From positions 32,001 to 96,000 of the forward strand of contig CAWAPJ010000029.1 of NCBI GenBank assembly GCA_963783885.1: a stretch of 64,000 nt of DNA, given 5' to 3'. A program made the position numbers and the translations under genes. The notes beneath the pieces are model-generated. The model searched no databases, was not told where the DNA came from, and worked only from the letters and a program-made list of their open reading frames with translations. This stretch comes from Waddliaceae bacterium (lineage in GTDB: Bacteria; Chlamydiota; Chlamydiia; Chlamydiales; SLFE01). How positions within the stretch are numbered: position 1 is the stretch's first letter; each line of letters starts with the position of its first letter. Below are positions 1-8,850 of the stretch, piece by piece.

Positions 1-1
1 C

Positions 2-313
2 TTGGGGTTGGTTTTATATCAGATGAAGCATGACAAATTGCCTGAAGATCTACAAGTTAGTCTTAATAATGATCACTTACAAACATTTAAAGTGGTACAA
101 GCCTGGCATAAGGAGCAGACTGAAAAACTCCACAGCGTGGATTATAACGAATATCAAACTCTGGATATCTCCGAAAAGATGGAAATTATCAACGGCATTG
201 ACGATGAAGATCAACGGGAAGAGGCTTTAATCCTCGAAATGCTCAATCCCCGACCTAGAAATAGAATTCCCGCGGCAAACGCTCTCGAAGAATTTACAAA
301 TCTTTATCATTAA
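2..313 (+). CDS. C-terminal fragment of a Ser/Thr protein kinase (5' end outside the window)
   Basis: LGLVLYQM...LP resembles subdomain IX; LILEMLNPRPRNRIPAANAL resembles subdomain XI; the frame is open from the window edge. Confidence 0.65.
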   Translation: MGLVLYQMKHDKLPEDLQVSLNNDHLQTFKVVQAWHKEQTEKLHSVDYNEYQTLDISEKMEIINGIDDEDQREEALILEMLNPRPRNRIPAANALEEFTNLYH

Positions 314-974
314 TCAATTGGTATTTGTCATGACGATTGAGTAAGATTTTGGCAACCTGCCTGAAGATATTTGCGTCGGCAAGAGAGATCTCCAACTTGA
401 TTTCCGGCATGTTGGGATCGGTTCTGTAACCGAAAGCCCCCGGAGGAGACGAGTAAACCCGCAAATATTTTTTCTCACCTGAGGGCGAGAGCGTGATCGC
501 ATATTTTTTTCCCTCATTATTTTTTGCTAAAAGCGATAAATGAATTCCTTTATTCTGGTCGACAACCTGAATAAAAGGAGATTTTAAGCTCTTAAAGTCT
601 TTTTCAGAAATATCTCTTGGATAATCGACAAGATGCAGCGGTTCTGCCCTCATAGGGACCTTCAATCCTTTGATAATGGAGGAAAGATCTCCTTCTACCT
701 TAAATATTTCCACCTTCAGGCAGGCAATTCTTTTAGCAAGGTCGCATCTTATCGTTGGTCTCGTAGAGAGAATTATCGCTTTGAGTCTTCTCATCTGCCG
801 GCAATGGGGAGTGATTAGATAGAGCTCTTCAGTGTGAAATTGATCGAGTATGAGATAAATAAGCTCTTCAGGCAGAAGCGGAAAAGCATTTACTTCCTCT
901 TTAGAAGAGGATTGAAAGCGGCCTAAAATGCCTTTAAAAAAATTAAGGCCCCATAGGTTTGAGCTGGTTGGCAT
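294..974 (-). CDS. F-box-like domain protein, putative effector
   Basis: FPLLPEELIYLILDQFHTEELYLITPHCRQMRRL fits the F-box pattern LPxEIxxxIL...L...CR; ATG at 974 preferred over the TTG at 1010. Confidence 0.6.
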   Translation of the reverse strand: MPTSSNLWGLNFFKGILGRFQSSSKEEVNAFPLLPEELIYLILDQFHTEELYLITPHCRQMRRLKAIILSTRPTIRCDLAKRIACLKVEIFKVEGDLSSIIKGLKVPMRAEPLHLVDYPRDISEKDFKSLKSPFIQVVDQNKGIHLSLLAKNNEGKKYAITLSPSGEKKYLRVYSSPPGAFGYRTDPNMPEIKLEISLADANIFRQVAKILLNRHDKYQLINDKDL

Positions 975-1066
975 ATAGCAAATTATATAAAAATCCAAGT
1001 TAAAAAGCAAAATAAACTAATTATTATGATATAATAACATATATAATAAAAACTCTATTTAAAGTT

Positions 1067-2968
1067 ATGGAACCTAAAAAAGCGCAAATAGAAAAAGCTT
1101 CTTTTAAGCCGCCTGTAAACGCTGTTCAGGTTAAAGATACCGGGAAATTGCTTGGACGGAAGGTGTCCAAAACCGCCGAAAAAGATCCCATCGCTCCAAA
1201 AACTCTGGAAGAGTTTCAAAAGCTCACTTTGGAAGAAAGAAGAGATCTGACTAAGAAGGTTGTAGACTCCGGCTTGCCTGGATTTCGGGCAATTGAAATC
1301 AGTTCTGCAAGCGGTGCAGCTGTCCGTAAAATTATCGCTACAAATGAGGCTCTTGGCGACGTTGAGGTCGTTGTTGCATTCCAGAAACAAACTCCATCCG
1401 ACCAGCCGGCGCAATATATGGAAAAAATCATGTATGACTTGGCCGGGATTGTTGGTATGGGAGATATGTTTGCTCCCACTTTGGCGGACGAAAAGGGCAG
1501 CATTCAGGCTCCAATATCGGGAATGAGTTTGCTGGAATTTTTTGCCAAGTTTGACCAAGACGCTCTTCCCGAGGGGCAAAAAACTCCCGAAATGCCTGCT
1601 TTGATCGACGCGACGCTCGCAACGACAGTTTTCGGAATGTTTGACGCTCATGCCAATAATATTTTTGTCACACAAGACGGAAATCTGAAATTTTTTGATA
1701 ATACCCGCTCTATGCCGCACAGCAATAATTTCGTCATCAATCGAGGGGCGGTTTTTCCTTCCTATCGTTCGGGTACATTCCTTCATCCCTATAGTTTTCG
1801 GAAATTACGCGATAATGATGTTGAGAAAATTAAGGAAAAAATTTCTGAAATCAAGGCAAAAGTTCCTGAAATTGAAAAATATCTCAATGAATCTTCTGTA
1901 CAAAATCAACTGCCGATCGGTTGGTTTGATGCAAAATTAAGCCTTGCTGCCATGAGAGAAAGAATCGAGAATATGGAAAAGGCACTAGAATCTCAAGATG
2001 TGCATCTCTATGATTTGATTTTTGCCGCTAATCCCGACTATAAATTTCAGTTATTGCTTCATTTTGCTGTTACAGATCCTTCAACAATGGAAGTTCTTAA
2101 GGATTGTGAAGGTGATGATATTGAACAATTTCTCCCTGGAGTGGCTGACCAAGTTGGAGTTTTCTCTATTTTTAATCTAAAACGCACGGGATTATTAGGA
2201 CGCTCTAAAACAATAAAAACAAGTGATCATACTTATCATATTGATCCCGAAGTTGTATGGGAAATCGCTCATGATGACAGTCTATCTTTAATTGAGGGGG
2301 TCAAAAAAGTCTCTTCTCATGTTGCCGCCAATCGCGATAGCAGCGACATCGATTTAGAGGAAATCGAGAATCACATCGAAGAGATTAGTGCGCGGGTTTA
2401 TTCTCAGGCCCATCTCGATAATAAGGATGTTAAAGCTGAAAATGCACAACGTTACTTCTTATTATATCTTGAAAAAGATGTCAATTATCCAGAAAACAAG
2501 AAATGGGCTTTGTCTAAACTTAAAGAAAATCCCGAAGAGGTTATTTTTTCCGCCGAATCCAAAGAGGGGGGCTATTCACTCAAAGCTTATTACAATAAAG
2601 GCGATAAAGTCGCTGAAGAAATGCTTGATTATGAAAGCGAGCCTGGCAAAATTAAATATCCCGATTGGAAGATGGCTCCTTTGGTGCCCAAACTTTTCCG
2701 ATCGCTGGTTCAAATTAAAAAGCTTCCCTACTTTCATGAAACCTTGACCCCTCAATTGTTGTCAAAAGCCAAGGAAAAAGGTGGATATTGCTTGACGCTC
2801 GGAGATAAGCCCGAAACCGTGATTTTGCACAGATACAATTCTAAGGGAGAAGATAAACCTCTGACGCTGACTCTTTCAGACAAGCCTCGTGTCTTTGGAT
2901 CTGATAAAGGGGAGGTTAGATTAGAGGACCTTCTTACTCCTTTAGAAGGCATTCCCCCAATATTATAA
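1067..2968 (+). CDS. PI3/PI4-kinase-like (atypical kinase) protein, putative effector
   Basis: EKIMYDLAGIVG...PT...GSIQ, catalytic-loop-like DAHANNIFV and FFDN motifs; charged low-complexity N-terminus. Confidence 0.65.
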   Translation: MEPKKAQIEKASFKPPVNAVQVKDTGKLLGRKVSKTAEKDPIAPKTLEEFQKLTLEERRDLTKKVVDSGLPGFRAIEISSASGAAVRKIIATNEALGDVEVVVAFQKQTPSDQPAQYMEKIMYDLAGIVGMGDMFAPTLADEKGSIQAPISGMSLLEFFAKFDQDALPEGQKTPEMPALIDATLATTVFGMFDAHANNIFVTQDGNLKFFDNTRSMPHSNNFVINRGAVFPSYRSGTFLHPYSFRKLRDNDVEKIKEKISEIKAKVPEIEKYLNESSVQNQLPIGWFDAKLSLAAMRERIENMEKALESQDVHLYDLIFAANPDYKFQLLLHFAVTDPSTMEVLKDCEGDDIEQFLPGVADQVGVFSIFNLKRTGLLGRSKTIKTSDHTYHIDPEVVWEIAHDDSLSLIEGVKKVSSHVAANRDSSDIDLEEIENHIEEISARVYSQAHLDNKDVKAENAQRYFLLYLEKDVNYPENKKWALSKLKENPEEVIFSAESKEGGYSLKAYYNKGDKVAEEMLDYESEPGKIKYPDWKMAPLVPKLFRSLVQIKKLPYFHETLTPQLLSKAKEKGGYCLTLGDKPETVILHRYNSKGEDKPLTLTLSDKPRVFGSDKGEVRLEDLLTPLEGIPPIL

Positions 2969-3721
2969 TGTGCATTCTTTGTATATAGGGTTGGTTGGGA
3001 TGGAGAGTCTCTTTTCTTGAACCAGAGCATACAACTTTTCGATAATCTCCCAATTTTGCACCACTCCCTCATCATTTGTCACTGTTAGTTCTTTTTGTGT
3101 AGAATTTTGAAAGGGAATTAAAGCTCCGCTCAATACCCACTCTTTCCCGCCTTTTTGAGTTTGTTTGAAGATAAAGCTCTCTTTAGTGGTCTGACCTTTC
3201 CAGGTCGTAGCTTGATAACAGACGGTATAACCTTCAGTTTCATTTTCTTGAAAACGGATGATGTTGTCATTCAATTTGGCGGGGCCGCCAAAAATGCAAC
3301 GCATAACGCTTTGGATCGTTTCAGCGGATTCGAGCGGTCTTTTGGCCTCTTTGAGAAAACCATTGATTTTGTCCAACTCATTTATTTGGTCTTGAAAAAA
3401 CTGTGCTTTAGCCTTGTCATGCGAGAAATTCCGCCGATTTTCAAGGCTGGCCCTTCGCTCATCAATTTGTTTATTGGAAGCTAAAAGATAAATCGAAAAA
3501 CGATTCCAGAATTGAGGGCGGATGGCGCAATCTTTTAAAGAAATCTGCAATCCACAAGATTCGAGTAATGAGATATTGACAGTGCGGCTTAAACGCTTCC
3601 ATAATACTTCATCTGAAGAAGCTTCATTAAATTTTTTATTGATAAGGGGAACTACGGTGGCGAGTTCCCTAGGAGGGATATACTGACAAATATGAAAAAG
3701 TAATTCCGGCTCACACAGCAT
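2963..3721 (-). CDS. F-box protein, putative effector
   Basis: N-terminal PELLFHICQYIPPRELATVVPLINKKFNEASSDEVLWKRL is a typical F-box ending in DxxLWK; GGAG RBS upstream. Confidence 0.75.
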   Translation of the reverse strand: MLCEPELLFHICQYIPPRELATVVPLINKKFNEASSDEVLWKRLSRTVNISLLESCGLQISLKDCAIRPQFWNRFSIYLLASNKQIDERRASLENRRNFSHDKAKAQFFQDQINELDKINGFLKEAKRPLESAETIQSVMRCIFGGPAKLNDNIIRFQENETEGYTVCYQATTWKGQTTKESFIFKQTQKGGKEWVLSGALIPFQNSTQKELTVTNDEGVVQNWEIIEKLYALVQEKRLSIPTNPIYKECTL

Positions 3722-3793
3722 AAATAAAACTCCAGATTAAAAATAGTATAAAGGTTTCTTTATTAAATGTAAATGTTAAAAAAATATTACCAT

Positions 3794-3862
3794 TTAGTAG
3801 ATACATATGAATGCTTTGATTGGGAGGGAGCCAAGTTTTTCGGGATTTTTGACAAGCTTCAA
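3794..3862 (-). repeat. Degenerate direct repeat of the prpD 3' end
   Basis: 3814-3861 matches 4774-4821 at 41 of 48 nt (hand count); translates to LKLVKNPEKLGSLPIKAFICIY* versus Prp[24 protein letters not shown]. Confidence 0.85.
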
Positions 3863-3886
3863 ATCGGTCGCGAGAGAAGATGCTCA

Positions 3887-4306
3887 TTACTTAAAAAAAT
3901 GATGGATAGCGGCAAAAAAAGCACGCAAGTCATCCGGCCCGGTGTGAGCAATCTGATAGATCTTTTGCATGTCAAGATCTTCGTAGGCATGGACGATGCG
4001 GTTTCTGAATCCTGCAGCGTGAGCAAGACGAACAGCCAGCTCTTTTTCAAGAAAGTTTGCTTCACTCAATTTAAAGAAGGCTGCGGCATAGCTCGAAGGA
4101 GAACCCAGATGAAGCGCAACGCAGGCGCTCAACGCCGTATCAATTGTGAGCTGAACCGCTTGCCAAAGATGTAATATCACAGCATCGGAGGAATCGGTAC
4201 CATAGTTAAAATCAGCAACATTTTGCGGCAGTCTGTCGGATACTCGTTTAAGATGCCTTTCAAGTGCGCTCACACGTTCTGCCAAAATTTGCCGGTCTAT
4301 TGCCAT
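3887..4306 (-). CDS. hepT: HEPN (DUF86/HepT-like) ribonuclease toxin
   Basis: RNRIVHAY is the RX4H(X)Y HEPN motif; 139 aa; start overlaps the stop of the upstream MNT gene. Confidence 0.9.
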   Translation of the reverse strand: MAIDRQILAERVSALERHLKRVSDRLPQNVADFNYGTDSSDAVILHLWQAVQLTIDTALSACVALHLGSPSSYAAAFFKLSEANFLEKELAVRLAHAAGFRNRIVHAYEDLDMQKIYQIAHTGPDDLRAFFAAIHHFFK

Positions 4307-4692
4307 TATCCGAGCTCCTTCAGAATATCCTCATATTCAACTTGAAATAGTGAAGATGTTTCGCACCAAAAGTTAACCGCCTCGAGCCAAAACTTTTGGT
4401 ATTGCCCTTCCGGCATTTCATAAAGGAGAGCGCCATCTTTGATGGCGCGAAATCTGAGCAATGCACTGGCATGCGTTAGATCGACTAAATCAACTTGATT
4501 AGTCTCTAAAAGAAGTTGTAAATCAGTAAAGAGCGGCAAAGGGTCGAAATCTTTATCCGCAATGTAGCCAAAATCCCAGTCCGACTCTTTTCGCGCGACT
4601 CCTTGCGATCTGGAACCAAAAAGAAGCAAAAGATGCAAACCTTTGTACTTCTTAGCGATGGCGGTTATTTTTTTAGCGATCTCATCCCTCAT
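4306..4692 (-). CDS. mntA: Minimal nucleotidyltransferase antitoxin (MntA-like)
   Basis: FGSRSQGVARKESDWD is GSX10DXD, followed by VDLVDL; paired with HEPN; ATG at 4692 preferred. Confidence 0.9.
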   Translation of the reverse strand: MRDEIAKKITAIAKKYKGLHLLLLFGSRSQGVARKESDWDFGYIADKDFDPLPLFTDLQLLLETNQVDLVDLTHASALLRFRAIKDGALLYEMPEGQYQKFWLEAVNFWCETSSLFQVEYEDILKELG

Positions 4693-4750
4693 GTCTCTTA
4701 TTGAAGCAGATAAGTAAATTTTGTACAAAATGATAAGCTCGATTTTGAAA

Positions 4751-6148
4751 TTATATTAAAAAATCAACGAACTCTTTGATAGGGAGGGAGTCAAGTTTTT
4801 CGGGGTCCTTGAAAAGCTCCAGGATTTTATCCGTCTGCTCTTTGAAAAGCTTGGTTTCTAGGTTGCTTTTCGCCTTGTCGAAAAGGAGGGGGACCGCTTC
4901 TTTGCGCCGTCTTTTGTGGCCGATAGGATATTCGACTTCCACTTTTTCTGTTGAAGTGCCGTCTTTAAAATGGACTTGCATGGCATTGGCAATGGAGCGT
5001 TTCTCAGGGTCGAGGTAATCTTGGCTGTATTGCTTGTTTTCGGTCAGCTCCATTTTGGAGCGGAGCTCATCAATCTTGGGGTTGGAGGCGGCTTCATCTT
5101 CGTAGTCGTCTGCGGTGAGTTTTCCGAAAATAAGCCCGACTGCTGTCATGTACTGAAGGCAGTGGTCGCGGTCGGCGGGATTGTGAAGAGGTCCGGTTTT
5201 GTTGATGATCCTCATGGCCGACTCGTGGGTCTCGACGGTGATTTTTTCGATTTCGCTTAGGCGCCCTTTGACCTGGTCGTGGAGTTTGAAGGCGCACTCG
5301 ACGGCCGTTTGCGCATGAAACTCGGCGGGGAAGGTCACTTTGAACAAGATATTTTCTATGACGTAGGAATCGAGGTCCTGCTCGATCTTGACGGGGAGGA
5401 TAGCGTCGTTGAACCCCCAGGTTTTGGCGCTCATCGCCTGGGGATATCCCATTTCGCCTTGCATGGTCATCAGAGCGAGCTGAACGCCGCGGCTTGAGGC
5501 GTCGCCGGCGGCCCACGATTTTCTCGAGCCGGTATTGGGGGCGTGGCGGTAGGTTCTAAGAGAGCCGACGTCGATCCAGGCCTGCGAGACGGCATTGGCT
5601 ACTTGCTCCTTCCCCTCGCCCAAAAGGGCCGCTGCAACAGCTGTTGTGGCGACTTTAACCAAGATGACATGGTCGAAGCCGATCCTGTTGAAGCTGTTGG
5701 AAAGGGCAAGGACCCCTTGAATTTCATAAGCTTTGACGATTCCTTGAAGAAGGTCTCCCACTGTCAGCGATGTGCGGCCTTCCTTTAAGGCCCGCTGGCT
5801 TAAAAAGTCGCCAAGCGCCAGCAAGCCGCCGATATTGTCGGAGGGGTGGCCCCACTCTTTGGCAAGAAAGGTGTCGTTGTAATCGAGCCACCGGATCAGA
5901 GTGCCGATATTGAAGGCGCCCCTTATGGGGTCGAGTATAAAATCTGTTCCGGGAACGCGGCTTCCTCCGGGGACGGTTGTGCCCTGGACCACGGGTCCGA
6001 GCAATTTGGTGCATTCGGGAAAATTGAGAGCCAAAATGGCGCATCCGAGGCTGTCGAGAAGGCATAGTCTCGCGTTATCCAGAGCCTCCTGACTTTCGAT
6101 AGTTTTTTCCGCTGCATATGCGGAAATTTTTTCGAGGACTTCATCCAT
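4751..6148 (-). CDS. prpD: 2-methylcitrate dehydratase (MmgE/PrpD)
   Basis: [45 protein letters not shown] motifs; in an operon with prpB and prpC. Confidence 0.95.
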   Translation of the reverse strand: MDEVLEKISAYAAEKTIESQEALDNARLCLLDSLGCAILALNFPECTKLLGPVVQGTTVPGGSRVPGTDFILDPIRGAFNIGTLIRWLDYNDTFLAKEWGHPSDNIGGLLALGDFLSQRALKEGRTSLTVGDLLQGIVKAYEIQGVLALSNSFNRIGFDHVILVKVATTAVAAALLGEGKEQVANAVSQAWIDVGSLRTYRHAPNTGSRKSWAAGDASSRGVQLALMTMQGEMGYPQAMSAKTWGFNDAILPVKIEQDLDSYVIENILFKVTFPAEFHAQTAVECAFKLHDQVKGRLSEIEKITVETHESAMRIINKTGPLHNPADRDHCLQYMTAVGLIFGKLTADDYEDEAASNPKIDELRSKMELTENKQYSQDYLDPEKRSIANAMQVHFKDGTSTEKVEVEYPIGHKRRRKEAVPLLFDKAKSNLETKLFKEQTDKILELFKDPEKLDSLPIKEFVDFLI

Positions 6149-6151
6149 AAT

Positions 6152-7261
6152 TCACGCTTTCCAAGTTTTGTGCTCTCGGCCGATGTAGCGGCTTAAAGGG
6201 CGTATTAATTTATTGTTTTCCCTCTGCTCAAGCAGGTGGGCCGACCATCCGGCGATCCTGGACATGACAAAAATCGGGGTGAACATCGGAGTCGGGATGC
6301 CGCAGAAATGGTAGGCGGCGGCGCTGTAAAAGTCGAGGTTGGGAAACAGCTTTTTCTCTCTCCACATCACCTTTTCGATTCTTTCCGAAACAGGAAATAT
6401 GTGTTTGTCTCCGGCCATCTCGGAGAGCTTCTTCGCCCACTGTTTGATGATGGGCGAGCGGGGATCTTTAGTTGTGTAGACACGGTGGCCGAAGCCCATG
6501 ATTTTCGTCTTCTTTTTGAGCATCTCGAGAATCTCTTCCTCTGCGGCGTCTGGGCTGTCGAATGATTCAATGAGTTCCATGGCAGCTTCGTTGGCACCGC
6601 CATGAAGAGGGCCTCTTAGCGCGCCTATGCCGCCGCAAATGCAGGAATAAAAATCGGACAAAGTGCTGGCGATGGTGCGTACAGTAAAAGTTGAGGCGTT
6701 GAACTCATGCTCGGCGTAAAGAATCAGCGAGACATCCAGGCACCGGCGGTGGGTTTCATCGGGCTCTTTCTCCAGAAGGAGTCTTAGAAAATGTCCGGCA
6801 GTAGAGTCGTCGCCCGTTTCCACATCGATCCTCTTGCCTTCGGTGTGGAATTTGTACCAGTAGAGGAGCATTGACGGAAAGCTGGCAATCAGGCGGTCAG
6901 AGGCGGCAAACTTTGGAGTTTCCTGGTCTTCGGGTTCCAGATTGCCCAGAACTGAACAGCCTGTGCGGAGCACATCCATCATCTGGGTGCCGCTGGGAAT
7001 CTCTTCAAGAATTTTTTTCAGAGGGGCGGGGAGATAGCGGAGGCTTTTGAGCTCTTGCCTGTAGCTTTTCAGTTCTGCCTGCGTTGGCAGACTGCCGCGA
7101 AGAAGCAGCCAGGCCGCTTCCTCGAAGGTGCTATGCTCTGCCAGGTCTTCAATAGCATATCCTCGGTAAAGAAGGCTTTCTTCTTCGGCTCCGCAGAGGC
7201 AGATTGCCGAATCGCCGGCAATGACTCCCGCGAGTCCTCCAGATTTAACTTTTTGACTCAT
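6152..7261 (-). CDS. prpC: 2-methylcitrate synthase
   Basis: YAEHEFNASTF, GPLHGGANE, MGFGHRVY, FPNLDF citrate synthase motifs in prp context. Confidence 0.93.
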   Translation of the reverse strand: MSQKVKSGGLAGVIAGDSAICLCGAEEESLLYRGYAIEDLAEHSTFEEAAWLLLRGSLPTQAELKSYRQELKSLRYLPAPLKKILEEIPSGTQMMDVLRTGCSVLGNLEPEDQETPKFAASDRLIASFPSMLLYWYKFHTEGKRIDVETGDDSTAGHFLRLLLEKEPDETHRRCLDVSLILYAEHEFNASTFTVRTIASTLSDFYSCICGGIGALRGPLHGGANEAAMELIESFDSPDAAEEEILEMLKKKTKIMGFGHRVYTTKDPRSPIIKQWAKKLSEMAGDKHIFPVSERIEKVMWREKKLFPNLDFYSAAAYHFCGIPTPMFTPIFVMSRIAGWSAHLLEQRENNKLIRPLSRYIGREHKTWKA

Positions 7262-8064
7262 AACGTCTCCTCATAATTTAAAAAATCATAAAGTTCTCGG
7301 CGCGTTTGCATGCGGTCTGTCATATCTTTTTGTGTTCCTTTGCTCCGAAGTTCGTTTAAGGCCAGGTAAGCGGCTCGGTTCATCACGCGCGATACGGTTA
7401 AAGGATAAAGGGCCATGTCGACGCCGGCTGTGCGTAGCTGCTCCAAGTCAAAAAGAGGCGTTTTGCCGAATTCGGTAATGTTTGCCAGTACGGGAACACC
7501 CAGCTTTTTGAATTCTTGATACTTGCCAAGAGTTTCGACAGCTTCGGGAAACAGCATATCGGCTCCGGCTTTGACATAAGCCTCTGCTCTTTTAAGGGCT
7601 TCGGATCCTTTGGCGTCGGTTCTGGCCATGATCACAAAGTCGGGGCTGCCTCTGGCAGCAAGAGCTTCGCCGATCCTCTCGCACATCTCTTTAACTGACA
7701 CTAGCAACTTTCCTTCAAGGTGTCCACATTTCTTGTTAACATCTTGATCCTCAATATGTACTGCTGAGACGCCCGCCTGCTCCATTGATCGAACGGTTTT
7801 CCCGATGTCGCCTAAGCCGGTGTCGATGTCGACAAGAAGGGGCAGGTCCACTCTGCGGGCGATTCTACGGGCGTCCTCTAAGACATTGTCCAGGGTGGTC
7901 AGGCCCGTGTCGGGCAGGCCGAAAGAGACATTGGAGACGCCCGCCCCCGAAAGGTATATCGCCTTATATCCAACCTGCTTTGCCATGAGGGCGATATAGG
8001 GATTGAGAACCCCGACGATTTGGAGGGGCTGCTCGGACCTTAGAGCCTGCCGTAAAGAATTCAT
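7258..8064 (-). CDS. prpB: Methylisocitrate lyase
   Basis: YLSGAG, LPDTG, VDIDTG, HIEDQ, KKCGH, MARTDA, ANITEFGKTP. Confidence 0.95.
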   Translation of the reverse strand: MNSLRQALRSEQPLQIVGVLNPYIALMAKQVGYKAIYLSGAGVSNVSFGLPDTGLTTLDNVLEDARRIARRVDLPLLVDIDTGLGDIGKTVRSMEQAGVSAVHIEDQDVNKKCGHLEGKLLVSVKEMCERIGEALAARGSPDFVIMARTDAKGSEALKRAEAYVKAGADMLFPEAVETLGKYQEFKKLGVPVLANITEFGKTPLFDLEQLRTAGVDMALYPLTVSRVMNRAAYLALNELRSKGTQKDMTDRMQTRRELYDFLNYEETL

Positions 8065-8124
8065 ACGCGCAGGTTAATAACATTCATTTGAAATGTCAAT
8101 GCGGATGGATTAGACTGCGGACGG
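8065..8124. promoter_or_regulatory. Overlapping divergent sigma70/66-type promoters for prpB and the enoyl-CoA hydratase gene
   Basis: Minus strand: TTGACA (8099-8094), 17 nt, TAACCT (8076-8071), 6 nt, ATG. Plus strand: TTGAAA (8088-8093), 17 nt, TAGACT (8111-8116), 8 nt, ATG. Confidence 0.7.
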
Positions 8125-8850
8125 ATGAAGACATTAACCTATAGCAAGCAAGACACTATCGGAATTTTATCTTTGAATAGGCCTGAGGCTCTCAATGCCG
8201 TCAATCGCGAGATGCTCGAAGAGATGACCGAGTTTTTGGGAAATGTGACTAATATCAACATCTTGATTCTGACAGGGGCCGGCGGTAAAGCTTTCGCGGC
8301 AGGGGCCGATGTCAGGGAAATGAGCGGCCTGGGACCTGAAAAAATAGCTGAATTTTCCCGATTGGGGCAGGATGTCATTAAAACGCTTGAAGAGGTGTCA
8401 TTTATCACAATTGCTGCTGTGAGAGGCTTTGCTTTGGGTGGGGGGTTGGAAATCGCGATGGGCTGCGACTTGATATATGCTTCGGAAAAAGCCAAATTCG
8501 GCCTTCCCGAAATTAAGCTGGGGCTCATTCCGGGATGGGGAGGCACCTATCGCCTTGCTAGGGCGATCGGGAAGAGGCGGGCAAAAGAGGTGATGTTGAC
8601 CGGGCGGATGTTTTCAGCGGATGAGGCTTATGATCTCGGTCTTGTCAATCGGGTATTTCCCGAAGACAATTTGATGGACGAGTGCCTCAAGCTGTCAAAA
8701 GGGATGCTTAAGTATTCGCCTTTTGCTTTAAGGCAGATCAAACAGGCATTAAATCAAGACGACTTTGACGAAGAGCGATTTGTCGAATGTTTTGCCACTG
8801 AGGAAGCTCAAAGGGATATTGAACAATTTTTACAGAAGCAAAAAATATGA
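8125..8850 (+). CDS. Enoyl-CoA hydratase (crotonase family)
   Basis: LNRPEALNA, AFAAGAD, GFALGGGLE, FGLPEIKLGLIPGWGG. Confidence 0.93.
   Translation: MKTLTYSKQDTIGILSLNRPEALNAVNREMLEEMTEFLGNVTNINILILTGAGGKAFAAGADVREMSGLGPEKIAEFSRLGQDVIKTLEEVSFITIAAVRGFALGGGLEIAMGCDLIYASEKAKFGLPEIKLGLIPGWGGTYRLARAIGKRRAKEVMLTGRMFSADEAYDLGLVNRVFPEDNLMDECLKLSKGMLKYSPFALRQIKQALNQDDFDEERFVECFATEEAQRDIEQFLQKQKI

Noticed and set aside
3773..4174. 133-aa plus-strand ORF
   Set aside because: Antisense to hepT and the prpD remnant; no recognisable motif
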